A stretch of DNA of 64,000 nt from positions 36,024,001 to 36,088,000 of the forward strand of contig NC_087447.1 of NCBI RefSeq assembly GCF_036321535.1. Direction: 5' to 3'. The position numbers and the translations under genes are program-made. This document shows, piece by piece, positions 37,749-51,650 of the stretch. The stretch's first letter is position 1; every line of letters starts with the position of its first letter. The DNA comes from Camelus dromedarius. Taxonomy: Eukaryota. The notes below the pieces were generated by a model. That model made no database searches. It saw only the letters and a list, made by a program, of their open reading frames with translations, and had not been told where the DNA came from.

Positions 37749-40224
37749 GTGAGGAGCGGTGGTAGCGTCAGGGGCCGGAACTAGGACCCTGCGCTGCAAA
37801 GGGGGCGAGGGGCCCTAGGGATCCTGGGATGCGAGAGTGTCTTGCCGCGGCCCCTAATCCCCCGAGTGCCCGCTTCTGACCCTCCATCCCGTACTCTTGG
37901 CGCTGCCCCCAGTCCGATTCAACCTCCCTCCAGGCCTTGCTTCCATCCAGGCTATTGCAAGCTGCCCCGCCAAAGGTGCCTGCGCCCCCACCAGGACCCT
38001 CTTGTCTGGGGCGAGGGGGGAGCGCCTGGGACTTAGTTTTGTCTCAAAGAGGGAGGGGAAGCCACCCCCTTGTTCTCGGGACCCGGCTGAAGCCGCAGTG
38101 GCCGGTCCTGTTCTCTTGTTGAATTGTTAAAGAGTCTGGAAAGTGTGTGTGTTGCTCTTCTCAGTTAATGCTCCCCACCGCCCTTTCTTTTCACCTCCTA
38201 GTCCCATCTCCGGCTTTGGGGCTAATGATCTTTTTTCTCTCCTCCCGTTCCCCACCCCAGTTTCCTTTTTGCCGCGAATCCACTTGCTTCAGGAAGACAG
38301 AATTATTTCACTGTGTATTTAGCGCATCATCTTTCTGGGAGAGCGGTCAGATTAAAAATGTTTGCTTAACTCTTCTTGAGTAACGGCGGAACAATAAATA
38401 AAGAAAAAAAGCACATAACTATTTTCCTCACTCAGTGGTTTGGCTTTAAAAACGAGGTTCTCCAGCTGTGGAATTTTTTTCCGGGGGGAGCAGGGATTGA
38501 GGAGGGAAATGAGGAAGGAGAAAAGTAAGTCAGGAGTAAAGTCTGGAGATAAAGAACACGGAAGAAAGAGCGTGGTAGTTCTTTCCCTATATTAGCCTGA
38601 TAGAGGTTCAGTTTGTAATTATATTTTTATCTTAAACAGTGGGTGTTAAATTGAGTGCGAGGAAGGAGGCCTTCCCCTTCGAACAAGATTGCTTATTAAA
38701 GAAGTATCCTAAAATTTCTTCAGGTGGGTGTCAGGCAGAAAAGTTCTGCTGGGAAAATTGTGTATTACTTTGGAGCAGCAAAGGCACAGATTACAAGAGA
38801 TGCAGAAAAAAGAAAGCTATTCTTAGAAGAGTGGTGAAGATGTAGTGTAAAAAGTGGCGGAGGCTGTAGGGAGGTCCAGAAACACTGATTCCAGGAGAGA
38901 CTTTGTAACCTTTGCCTCCTTGGCTTGTGGTTAAGTCTGCACAGAAGACACCTCTTAGCAGTTCTGCCAGAGTTGGGGGTTGATGCTTTTACTCATAGTA
39001 GCACATTAGACCGAAGGGCCTTAGTTGAGGTTTATACAGTGGAAGATAACTGCTTGTTTACTATTGAGTACGGTAAAGCATTATGACTAAATTATTTAAC
39101 TCAAGCTTAATTCAGGAGTGATTTTATATAGGAACAAAGCACATATAGAGCTGCTTCAGGTAATTTTGCCTAAATTAATAGATTCTAAAACAAGTTTTTC
39201 TTATGAAAATCTCTGTTGCGATTTGTTTCATATACATGTTGCTTGCAGTTTTTCTTGGGAAGCAATATATTTTATTGTCATTCATAGGTTTCACAACTTT
39301 TTGTTTCGTGGAATATAAAAGTTCACGTGCTTGTATTTTAGGAATTCAATACTATGTAATTACCTATATATTAAGCTTATGATTCTTTTTTTTCTCCCTT
39401 CTGCCATAAATGATTCTAAAATTTTCAATTAATTGAAGATTGCTGCATAATTCCAATGTCCAGGAATCCTTCTTTAATCTAGCTCAGTGTTTTTGCACTT
39501 AGTAAGCACATTGAATAAATGAACTTATACCTAACCAAGAGTGTTCAATTTCCCAAGAGTTCAGAGTTCTTATCAGCATCAGACCAAACTTTTCAGAGCA
39601 GCAGTGCAAAGCACTTTTTTTTTAAAATGCTCTGTAACTTGTGTTGCTTTGATAAAATAAGTTATCCATTTTATTGTATTTGACACATTCCAAAAGGAAT
39701 TTAAGGCAGGTAAATGATAAAGGTGAATGTTTTAGTGCAATTCATTTACATAGTACAGTGACTTGATTTGTTAATTGTACCTGAGTAAGGCTTAGAGTTG
39801 ACCCTAAGAAAGATCTTGTTGCTTTCAGAGGGCCTGCAAGGGTGCCTGATACTGCAGTGGTTCCAGGGATAGAAAAGTGAATGAGATGGTGCTTGTCCTC
39901 AAGAAGTTCTCTAGTCCATCTGGGGAGACAGACACAAATTGTAACAGTATGGTAATATGGGTATATAAGGGGGGTGGATCCAAAGTACTAAATAGGATGT
40001 GATCATCTGGGCTGGAAGATGAAGAGGGAGTGAATGCATCTGATGAGGACAGTGAAGCTCAAACTGAGTCTTAAAGGATGAATTCTTTTATTAATGAGGG
40101 TGGGATAGAGGTGATCAGCTTCTAGACTCTGCTATGATACTACCAAGCAATGAGATACTAAGCAAGATGTTTAATATATCTGGTTATCTTGTTTTTTTCC
40201 CATTCAAGAGTGGGACAACATCTA

Positions 40225-40410
40225 AATCATGCTGTCCAGTAGAAATATTAAATGACAGCCACATATATAAGGTATTTTACATTTTCTTGGTAAATCTTTG
40301 GAATCTGGTGTGCATTTTACACTTACAGCATGTATTACTTCGGACTAGCCACTTGTCCAGCACCCAGTAGCTGCCTGTGGTTAGTACCTACCATTTTGGA
40401 CAATGGCAGA
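40225..40410. mobile_element. MER3/MER33-like hAT-Charlie MITE
   Basis: gctgtccagtagaaat...ctaccattttggacaatg terminal inverted ends. Confidence 0.7.
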
Positions 40411-42044
40411 TCTAGAGTACGAAAATTCTGCTTTTTTATCTTGGATTCCTGCTTGAAAAGAAGAAGCAACTATTATGAGAAATGTATTACTAGTAATTTA
40501 TAATTTCTAGTCATTTTGATAGTATTCACAAATGATGCTCTTCTGATTGGAGTTATGGTCATACCTGGAAACAATATTGCTGTAGGATATCTTTCAGGTT
40601 GTTCAGAGAGACCACCAGAGGCTTATTTTAGTCATGATAACTGTGACTAACAGTGATAAAGTAAATACTATCCTTATATTTGTATTGATTGTTGGTTATA
40701 GAGTTACTCATGCTTCCCTGTCACCCCCCCCCCGACCTTATTCTCTGTGAAGTAAATAGGGCAGGTATTTTTCTTGTTTTCTTGAAGAAGAAATTGAGGC
40801 CCAGTGAAATTGTGATTTGTTTAGCATAATATATTAGACGTATTGCTTGAACTTCTAGTGTCTTACAATGCTAAGCCTAGAGAAAAAATGTAAGGGATGT
40901 TATAGTTTCATTTAAAATAGATGAGAGTTAATTAGGCAAGAATTTTTATTTGTGAGTAGAGTTTAGATCTTAAACTTATTGTAGAAAGAAGGTGATGAGG
41001 TGTCAAGGACAGGTAATTCAGTGTACAGGAAACAACTTGTGGAAACTTAGGTAAGGGAAAATAAAGTATAGCTTTAAGGAAGGTTTGCAAGTCTTATTTA
41101 AAAAGATAAAGACAAGACAGAAGTCAAGTAGGAAATGAGAATAAAAAGACATCTGCAATAAAGAATTTGAGGGCAGTGGTCAAAACTTTTATATTATTTG
41201 AATGATTCAGGAAGTCTTAGCAAATGCTATGAACTTGTGTCATGAGTAGTGTGGAAAACATGGTTAAGAGTACAGAAAAAGAGGTTGTTAGCTATAAATG
41301 AGTAGTAGAGTAATATTAGCTCCTGTTGTGAAATGAGCAGAAATTTGATAAGGAATTTTACTATGAGGAGAGAAAAGAATAGACAGTGTTCATAAAGGAA
41401 AATTGGTTAAAAAATTTGCAGAATGGAAAATCCTAATTAAAACAGGTCATTTAAAATTTTTTTCCCTATAAAGACTGAAATTGGCAGTTTACCTTCAGAA
41501 AATGCCAATAGAAGCAGGAAGACGTTAAGTATTGTTAAAGTTCTACTGTGTAAAGAGAGGAAAAAGCAAAGGTACAGTCCTCTTTGTAGGTAAAAGGGTG
41601 GGGAAAATGGGGGGAAACAATAGAAGGAAATCAAAGGTAAGAGGTACTTACCTTCTGGTGAGGTAGGAAAAGAACATGGACATTGATGCAAATATTTTAT
41701 TTGCAGTTTTGAAAGTTATGCAAAGCATGTATTGTTCCTCCCAGATAAACTGTGAAGGAGATTTAATTACCTGTAAACAAAACCATAGTGGCAGAGTAGC
41801 CATAGCCAAATTGATTTATCAGGTCACTTTATGTGTTCATAATGTAATTTATAACTGTTCTAACACCTCTTTTTAGTTTAACGTGTAAGTGTTTTTAGAC
41901 TACAGTGCTGAGTTGGGAAAAGTGCTCTTTGGCTTCAGGGAATATAGCATGGTTTCATCTGACTAGATCTCATGATGACATTTATCAGACTGGAATTCTG
42001 CCTGTATTAAAATGCATGATATGACACTAGCTGTTTAGGATTTT

Positions 42045-43359
42045 TTTTTTTTTTGAGTCAGGTTTATAGATGTATAATTTACTTTTAGTAAAATGTATCT
42101 GTTTTAGGTGTTCAGCACTCTAAATTATGACAACTACTGGCAATGTGTAACTGCCACCACCACAATTAAGATATGGAATAATTACATCCACTCCTGAAAG
42201 TGTCCTTATGCCCCTTGTAATCAGTCTTTTCCACTCACCTTCCAGTCTCTAGCAACAACTGATTTTTTCTTTTTTTATTCCTGTAGTTTTGCCTTCCCAG
42301 AATGCCACATAAATTGGCATCGTACAGTATATATAGCTTTCTGAGTCTGGCTTTTTTACTTGGCATAATATTTTGAGATTCAATAAGCCCTTAAAAAGCA
42401 AGTTAATTTTTAGAATAGTTTTAGTTTACAGAAAAATCGTTAAGATAGTACAGAGAATTCCCATAAACTCTGGACCTGGTTTCTTCTATTATTTTTTTAT
42501 GTATGTAAACTGTATTTGCTAATTGTCAAAAACACAAGATTCTAGAATTAAGTTTTTTGTGTGGAAATTGTGTGAAGGTTTCTGTGAAGATGATGACCTT
42601 CTAGTGACTTTTATTGTAAATTATATATAGCAGAATTTGCCATTTTAACCATTTTTAAGTGAACAATTTAGTGACAGTGTTATGCAACCATCACCATTAT
42701 TTCCAAAATTTTTCATCACCCCAAATTCTGTACCCTTTAAGCAGTAACTCCCCATTCCCCTTCTTCCCAGGCCCCGGTAATCACTAATCTTCTTTCTGTC
42801 TCTATGAGTTTACTTAATTCTAGATATTTTGTATAATTGTAATCATGCAGTATTCATTCTTCTGTGTCTAGTTTTTTTTAACTGTGCACAATGTTTTCAT
42901 ACCTGTTGTAGCACATATCAGAACTTTAGTTCTTTTTATGGCTGAATAATATTCTACTGTATATAATATACTGCATTTTGTATATCCACTTGTTGGACAC
43001 TTGGATTGTTGCCACATGTTGGCTGCTGTGAATAATGCTGCTGGGAGCATTTTTATAGGTATGTAAGTGCCTGTTTTTAATTCTTTTGGGTATATATCTA
43101 GGAGTGGAATTGCTGGGTCATATGGTAATTTTATGTTTAATTTTTTGAGGAAACACCAAAGTGTTTTCCAAAGTGGCTGCACCAATAGCATATGACCCAG
43201 CAATTCCACCTGGATATATCCTAGAGAAACAAAACCACTACTTTGAAAAAATACATGCACTCCAGTGTTCATAGCAGCATTATTTACAATTGGCAAGATA
43301 TGGAAGCAACCTGTGTCCATTGATAGATGAATAGATAAAGAAGATGTGATATATATATA

Positions 43360-43394
<35 letters not shown>

Positions 43395-44025
43395 GGAATA
43401 CTCAGCCATAAAAAGGAAGAAAAATTTTCCTATTTGCAACATCGTAGATGGACTTGGAGAGTATTGTGCTAAGTGAAATATGACAGTCAGACAGAGAAGG
43501 ACAAATACTATATGATATCACTTATATGTGGAATCTGAAAAATACAGCAACCTAGTGAATGTAACAAAAAAAGACACAGATATAGAGAACAAATTAGGGT
43601 TACCAGTGGGGCTAGGGAAGAAGGAGGAACAAATCTGGAGTAGGGATTAAGAGGTACAAACTCTTATGTATAAAAAAGCTACAAGGATATACACAGGGAA
43701 TATAGCCAATCTAACTATAAATGGAATATAACCTTTAAGAAATTGTGAATCACTATATTGTACACCTGTAACTTATATAGTATTGTACATCAACTATACT
43801 TCAGTAAAAAAAAAAGTTTAAAAAAGTGGCTGCACTATTATATTCCCTTTTGCAAAATATGAGTATAAAAGTGTTCTAATTTCTCTACATCTTTGTTACT
43901 GCTTTTTATTTTCCTTTTTTAAAATTATAGCCATTCTAGTAGATGTGAAGTGGTATGTCATTGTGGTTTTCATTTTCATTTCCTTAATGAGTAATGATGT
44001 TTTCATGTGCTTATTGGCAATAAGC
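42045..44025 (-). mobile_element. cluster of antisense L1 fragments (host of the insertion at 43183-43822)
   Basis: Poly-T heads and antisense 3'UTR/ORF2 motifs (ggagtggaattgctgggtcatatgg; gtgaagtggtatgtcattgtggtttt). Confidence 0.85.
43183..43822 (+). mobile_element. 5'-truncated L1 with poly-A tail and TSD
   Basis: 13-bp TSD aaagtggctgcac at 43170-43182 and 43823-43835. Internal (AT)n(CA)n at 43349-43392. Confidence 0.9.
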
Positions 44026-47000
44026 TGCCTTTTTTAATGATAGGAACATGCTGATGGTTGTTCCAACAACTGAACAGAGGTAATATATGTATTTTTTAAT
44101 GACTGTTATATATGAGGCTTTATATGTATATTATTTTATTTACCCTGACAACACTGTGAAATACCTATGTTTTACAGATGAGAAAACTAAGACAAAGGGA
44201 GATTAAGTAGCTTATTTAGGATTACACAGTTAATAAGAGAAAGGTCGGATATTTGAGCTCACGTCTTGTTACTACTTCATTTTTCCCTTTGTTATCACTA
44301 TTGTTGTACAAAACTATCAATTTCATGCAATTGATGTCATGTGAAAATAAAATTTTGTTAGCTATAGAAACTGATGAAGTTTGAGAGAAGATTTCCAGCC
44401 GTATTCATGTCAGGTTTTCATTATTATTCCCTATTTGGGGGTTCTTAGTTGCAATCCAGTTTAATTTTTTTCTGCCTTAAGCCATGTTGAAAATGGAGGC
44501 ATATACCATAACAGCACAAAAGCTTACTGTTTTTTGTCATGTTGAAATTGGGGTAATGTCAGAGTATTTTTAATGATTCATGTTAAATGAATGAACAGTA
44601 AAATAGTCCAAAGTTCAGTAATTATCTTCACAGAGCAGCACTACTGTTGGGATTCTGGGTTAGACTGAAAACTGCTTTGTCAGTAAAATGTGTTTGAACA
44701 GGAACCTCTTGCTGTGACAGTATCCCTCCTCTTTGTCCCCCTCTCAAACACATACAGTGATACACATATGTAGATATAGAAAGTTGTTTTGGATGAATGC
44801 TTTGGTTGTGATCTCTTAATGTTAAGAATGTTGCTCCTAAAGGATGAAGGTGGTCTAATGACTGCTAGTGCTTACTAGACTACAGTGTAGCCATTGCTTT
44901 TTGTCGGAATAGGAAAATTAAGCCCTTTATTAATTGCTTATTGTAGTGGGGCAAAGCACAGTTGTATAAGTGTGGTACAGAGGTTAAGGAATGCGGGAGC
45001 CAGGCTAGAATCCATCTTTACAGTTGTGAAGAACCTTGGGAAGGCTCTTATCTTTTTCCGATGACTCTTTTTTTATGCCCAGATCATGGCTCCAATTTCA
45101 TTTTTTCCCCTTACTTCACTATTAAAAATAGTATCCCCCCAACTAAATTATTCTCTGTCATATTACTGATTTTCCCCCTTTTCATTTACTGTCTAAACTT
45201 ACCATTTTTGTTTGCTTGTTTAAATCAAACCACTTAACATTTCCGTTGCTGTCATCCTAATTCAAGTCATTACTGATTCTTTCCTAAACCATTTTAGTTA
45301 TTTATTAATTGGTTTCCATTTTTGTTTTTCTTCTGTCTGTTTTCTGCAGAGCAAATTGAGATCTTTGAACAGTGTAAATCATGGGAAAGAGTTGGTGGAT
45401 GGGTACAGACTTTTTCCATGTCTGGGATTCCTTGTAATTCTTAATCCAGCACTTTAGACCACTCAGTCATACCTCTACTCCTCCTCAGAATTCTGATCTT
45501 TCATGCTAGCCTACATGTGGTTATTGAAAGTCTGACTTACTCCCCCTTATGCCAGGATACAGTGCATTCCTCCTCTTCCTGCTGTGTCAGGCTGAGAGTA
45601 GGGATGGGCCTGCTTCTCCTATGAAGGGTTTATCATTTTCTGCAATTTAATTCATTGGATTTTTGTGTCCTCTGCTCTCTGATGTCTTAAAAACTTTTTG
45701 TTTTTTAGCTTATTTGACTTGTTTTTCATTGTTGGGGTGAGAATGACAGTCTCTTGCCACTTTGCATATCCTGATAAGAAGAGAAAATCCCTCTATTACT
45801 TATCACCTTTGTTTTAAAACAGTAAAGCTTGCAAATGATGAAATATTTACAACTCTACCAAAGTTAAGATAGTGAAAAGTAAATCTGTTTTCCACCGTTG
45901 GTTCCTTCCAGTCCTTCACTTTTAGTTCCTTAACCTCTATCACCTCAGTCTCCTAAGGTGTCTCTTCCTTTCCAAGTCAGACCTTCTATCTATGCTTCTG
46001 ATTCTGTCTTACTCAACTGTACCCAGTATCTGAGCTAGAATTTATCTCCTAATTCTTGTGCCTTTCAGTCTTTGTGCACTGAATCCTTCTGTTCAACCTA
46101 CCACATATTTAAGGCCTTTTTCATTTTAAACAGCCATTCCTGACACCTCATCCTATCTACCTATCTCTTCTATTCTATCTACCTACTTCTCTTAATTCTC
46201 TTCACTGTCAAAGAATATGCTCTTGTTACTTGTAATTCCTTATTACTTCTCTAAATCACTAATAAGGGTTGGAGGGGAGAGGAAATGAGGAGTGACTGCT
46301 AATGGGTAGAGTTACTTTGGGGAGTGATGAGAATGTTCTGAAATCTGGTAGTGGTGATGGTCACACAACTCTGAATATATTAAAAACAACTAAATTGTAT
46401 GCTTTAAGTGGGTGAATTTTATAAGTTAATTATATCTCAAAAAAGTTCTTAAAATGATCACAAATGAGCTCTTAAATCTGGAGTTTTTTGAGTTTTCATC
46501 CTATGTCATCTCAGTAGTTTCTAACAATACTGACCAACTCCTTTTTAGGACACTCTATTCTCTTATTTCTCTGATAGCAGTCCTCACACTTTTCTGTTAT
46601 TTTCCTTTGACCTTTTGTTTTGTGGCCCTCAAGATCTCTTTTTCTCTCTTCATTCTGCATGTTATCCCAGTGCCATATCAACCTCTTTCATGACTTTCAG
46701 GTCTTTAGTTTTAAATAGATAACTAAAGATTCATCTCTAGCCAACTTGCTCTGTTATACCCAAGGCCAGTACTTTCAATCAGCAAGCAGACATGAATTGT
46801 ATTTCCCACAAGTACTTGAAATAGTAATGTGTTTCAGTCTGGCTAAAAAGCTATGTGGCTCTGAAGAACAGTTCTGAAAATATGTACACAGTGTACACAT
46901 TGATTTTCTTCTCTCAGAGAAAGAAGTTAATGGTTTATTATTTGGCACATTTAAGATGATTTCCAAGAACTTTAAATAAAAATCAGTGCAACAGTAGTGG

Positions 47001-47109
47001 ATTAAAAATGTTGTAGCTCTTAGGTTAAAGTATTCATTTTGAGTATAGTTTTGTGTACTCTTGAACATGTTACAGAATACTGAAGACACTCTACAGTAAA
47101 GAACTACTT

Positions 47110-47790
47110 CCTGCTTATTCCAAGACTGTTCTGGGTGCTGAAGATATAAAAGTGAACTTGACAGATAAATTCTAGCTTCATTAAATTTATAGTCTAGTGG
47201 GGAAAGTTAAGCAATAAAATAAGTAAAATACACAGTATATTGGATGGTACTACATTGCTAAGAAGAAAATAAGTTAAGTGCATAGGCAGTGAAGTTAGAG
47301 AAAGTTGTGTTGTCAGGGAGGACTTTACTCAGATGTTACCTTCTCAGTGAAGACTTGGAGAGAGTGAGCCATTCAGCTATCCAGGGGAAGAACAGTCCAG
47401 ACATAGGGAACAGAGAGCAAAGGCTCTGAGTATTTGAGGAACAAGGAGGCTAGTGTGACAGGGCAGAGAGGAGACTTACAGGAGAGAGGAAATAGAGGGA
47501 CCAGATATTAAAGTGCCTAGTGGACTATTGTAAAGATTTTACTTTTTCTTTGAGTGAAATAGGAGCTGTTGGAAATTCTGAGCAGAGGGGTGAGAAGATC
47601 TTTTTCAATGTCCCTCTGGCTGCTGTGCTGATAATAGTTAGAAGGTACAGGATAGAGGGGTAGCGGAGACAGATTGGGAGGATATTTCTCTAATCTAGGC
47701 AAGAGGTGATGGTTGCTTGGTCTAGGATGGTAGCAGGAATACAATGAAGAAATGCTCAAATTCAGAAATATTTGAAGGTAGAGCTTGTAA
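47110..47790 (-). mobile_element. L2
   Basis: tttatagtctagtgggga...gccattcagctatccaggggaagaacagtccag...tccctctggctgctgtg. Confidence 0.8.
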
Positions 47791-48424
47791 GATTTTATGT
47801 ACATATCCATAACTATCTCACAGAGCCACCACCAAACATTGCTACCTTCCTGACAAGCTATAATTGAATTAAAATTTTCTAATTTAATTCAAATAAGAAG
47901 GAAAATAAATTTACTGGATATACATACAATGGTGAGAATATAGACTCATCTCACTGGAGTATCTTACTATTCATTTTTAAATGTTTTACTTGTATTTTTA
48001 AATGCAGTAAATATTTTTTACATAAATGATCATCTTATGTGCTGTGCACAGTAAGTGATTCACAGATGGTAAGAATTTGAGAAGCCATATTTTATACTTT
48101 GTTTCTTTTCTTTTACAATCTTACCCTATCCACATATCCCTTAATGAGTTAGGACAGTGTCCTTGATTTAGGCAAATGAAAAGGGACAGTGTAGCTCTTA
48201 GAACTTGTATTATTTTTATGGCATCACTAGAAAGTTGAAGTTCTTGTGTTCACATAATTTGCCACACGTGGGTAAGAAAAAAATTCTTAAGACTTATCTC
48301 TTGCATAAATACCATACTATATTAGTATGTAGTAGTAGTAATGCAGGTGTTTTTGTTATTTTTCACATACCATGTATAATAATAGATGTGAAAATGTGAT
48401 ATTTAAAATATATGGGGAGTGGAT

Positions 48425-51400
48425 TCTTTTTTATTGTGAAATAACACAGAGAAGTGCCTAAAGCATGTATGATTATTTAATAAGTTATTCCAAAACAAGC
48501 ACTTGTGTAACCATTTGCTAGGTTAGGAACTAGAACATTGCTGGTATTCCAGAAGTCCCCAGTGAACTTCTCCCTTATCTGTCTGTCTCTTCCTCCCCGT
48601 GAGTAACCACTATCCTAACTTTTGATAATCCTTTCCTTTGAAGTTTTTCTGTTATGTAAGCGCTCTTAAACAATATTTAGTTTTACATGTTTTTGAATGG
48701 AATCATTGTGTGTATTTTTGTCTCTCCATTTTCTTAACATTATGTTTCTAAGTTTTATTTTTTATAGCTTGAATTTGTTCATTGGCATTGATGTGCAGAA
48801 TTCCACTGAATGAACTGCAGTATAATAAAAAATAAATATTTAGTCTTTGTCCCCAGTTCCTGTCAAGTTCCTGCAACTCCTACAACCCTTGGAATCTCTA
48901 GAGCATTAAGTCTTTTTTTATGCTAGTGAGATGACTACTGTTTGGGATCCCCAGGTAGTTTCTGGATGAGGGCTGGTTGCCAGGAAGACCAAGGCTTGAT
49001 CATAGAGTTGGAACTTTCAGCCCCACCTCTTGACCTCTGGGGAGGGGAGAGGAGCTAGAGACCGAGCTAATTAGTGGCCAGTGATTTAATCAACCATGTC
49101 TATGTAATGAAAGCTCCATAAAAATTCTTAAATGATGGGGTTGAGAAGCTTCCAGGTTAGTGAACACATTGCGGTGCTGGGGATGGTCGTACTTCTAGAG
49201 AGGCCGTGGAAACTCCACACATTTCCCCACCCCCAACCTTGCCTTATACATCTCTTTCATTGCTTCTTCCTGATTTGTATACTTTTTATGGTAAACTGGT
49301 AATAGTAAGCTGTTTCCCTGTGTTCTGTGACTCTTACTCAAGTTATCAAACCTGAGGTGGGATCCCGGGAACCCAAGATCTTCATATTCTTGTTACTACT
49401 TAGTATTGTAAGATTTAATATTTTACCCCCAGGATTACATGTGTGTAGTGGTATCTCACTGAGGTTTTAATATGCATTTGCCTGATAACTAATTAGTTTG
49501 AGCTTTTTTTCATATATTTATTGGCCATTGGATTTCATTTTTGTGAAGTTCTTGTCTTTGCCCATTTTTCTTTGATTGTTTTTCTTTTTAATTTGTAGGA
49601 GTTATTTACCCAGGATTTGAGTCCTTTGGTTACATGATAAAAATATCTTCCTTCCTGTGGCTTGTTTTTATTGTTCTCTTTGGTGTCTCTTGATGAATAA
49701 AAGTTCTGGATTTTACTATAGTCAAATTTATTATTTTCTTCATATGATTAGTGTTTTATATATCTTATTTAAGAAATTTTTCCTTTCTCTGATTCTAAAG
49801 ACTTTATAGTTCCTTTCACAGTTAGGTGTTTGGCTTGGGCTTGCTTTGAGTTGATTTTTGCTTAAGGAGTGAAGGAGGAGTCCCTCCATTTGTTCTAGCA
49901 CCATTTATTGAAATGACACTTCTTTCTGTGCTCTGAGATGCCACTTTTGTCTTAAATCAGCTGTCTGTGTAGGTGTGTGTCTATTTCTGGGCTCTTAACA
50001 TGTTCTCTAGACTTATCTCTTGCATAAATACCATACTATCCTAAGTAAAGTTAGTGTTTTAATAAATTTTTATTGGGTAGAGCAAGTCCTCCTACCTTGT
50101 TCTTTTTCAAGAGGGTCTTGGCTATTTTGGCCCTTTTGGTTACTGTATAAATTTTAGAATCACCTTGTCAAATTTTATTTTAAGAATCTGTTTGAATTTT
50201 GATTGGGATTGCATTGAACCTATAGATTTATTTCAAGAGAGGTGACATCTGTATAAAATTGTCTTCAAATCTGTAAACATGGAAGAATATCCATTACATT
50301 GAAATAGACAGTATTTGTCAGTAAACTTTTATAATTTCCCCTGCAACTTTTTATTACATGTATTATTAGTTAGTTGGTGGGTTTCATGTATGTGAATGTT
50401 ATTGTAAGTATTTTTTGAAAACTGCTTTTTCTAATCATTCATTGCAGGAATATAGAAATACAATTAATTTCTGTATTAAAGTATCATAGCCAGCAACCTT
50501 GCTAAACTCTGGCAGGTAATTCTATTAATTACCTGCATATTCTTTGGACTTTTTACTTTATCAGTAAATAATGTTTTGTGTTTTCCTGTTTGAACCTACC
50601 CTCTTTTTTCTTTTTCTTGCTTTTCTGTCTAGGAGTCTATAAAATGTTGAATAGAAGTGGTGGTGGGCATCATGGTGTTTGTTCATGGTCAGAGGGGAGG
50701 TTCATGGTCAGAGCTTTCAAGGTTTTACAATTAAGTATGATTTTTGATGATACTTCTTGTCAAATAAGGAACTTCCCCTTCTATTCATAGTTGGCTAAGA
50801 ATACCTATTGAGGTGAAAACATACTTTTCCTGTTGAATTCTTTAATTATTCCATGTGGTAAATTGCATTTTATTTTTACTACTAAGTTTGATTTGCTGTT
50901 ACTTTGTTTAGAACTTTTTGTGTTGGTGTTTGTGAGTAAGATTGGCTTGTAATTTTCTTGTCTCATCCTCGCCTGGTTTTGTTATCAAAAGTAATAGTCA
51001 CTTCATAAAATGTTTGGGAAATGTACTTTCTTGTCTGTCCTCTGAAAGGGTTTGTGGAAGGTAGATATTTTTTATTTTATGAAGCTAGGGAAGCCATCTG
51101 GCCCTGCAGTTTTCTTCGAGGAAAATATTTTTGGCTGCTAATTCAGTTTCTTTAATGGTTATAAGATTATTCAACTTTATAATTCTGTTTAAGTCAGTTT
51201 TAGTAAGTTACTATCTTCTAGGAATTTGTCTATATTTTAAAATTAATATCCTTATTATCTTTCTAATGTCTGTGACATCTGTTGGATGTCCTTTTTTAAT
51301 TCTTGATATTGTTTATTACTTAATTATTTTTTCTTGATCAGCATCGCCAGGTATCTTATTAATATTTTTAAAAGACCCAGCTTTCAGTTTTGTGCACCTT

Positions 51401-51650
51401 CTCTGTTGTATGTTTCCTATGCCACTAATTTCTTCTGTGGTCTTTTTTCCCTTCCTAATACTTTTATTTTGCTGTTATTTTTCTACTTTCATGAGATGGA
51501 TGCTTAGTTCATTAAGTTTTCAACCTTTCCACTTTTCTAACATCATATAAAGCTATAAATTTTCCTTTATCTACTGTTTTATGTATCTAACAAATTTTTG
51601 TATGATGAACATTTTTTACCTTTCTCTGTGTGTTCATTATCAATTTGGTA
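48425..51650 (-). mobile_element. old L1 (L1ME/L1M) antisense fragment
   Basis: Long T-rich antisense ORF2 remnant (tttgattgggattgcattgaacctatagat; aatgttgaatagaagtggtg). Confidence 0.8.
48816..49380 (+). mobile_element. MER21-like LTR inserted in the L1
   Basis: tagtctttgtccccagttcctg...agagttggaactttcagccccacc...ggaggggagaggagctagaga matches recalled MER21. Confidence 0.75.

Larger units (their letters stand above)
37100..38400. promoter_or_regulatory. CpG island / PIK3C2A promoter
   Basis: Sharp rise in GC and CpG content against a CpG-depleted background. E-box CACGTG at 37113-37118, GC boxes at 37524-37533 and 37579-37586, CCAAT at 37561-37565. Confidence 0.93.

Noticed and set aside
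37190..38383. Several overlapping 60-118 aa ORFs in the CpG island
   Set aside because: Expected from stop-codon scarcity in GC-rich DNA. Most have non-ATG starts and no recognisable homology.
42868..43320. 150-aa minus-strand ORF with L1 ORF2 C-terminal-like residues (PYDPAIPLLDIYP)
   Set aside because: A chimeric reading across two nested L1 fragments, not a gene.
50681..50713. 14-bp direct repeat gttcatggtcagag
   Set aside because: A small local duplication in a decayed L1 with no sign of function.
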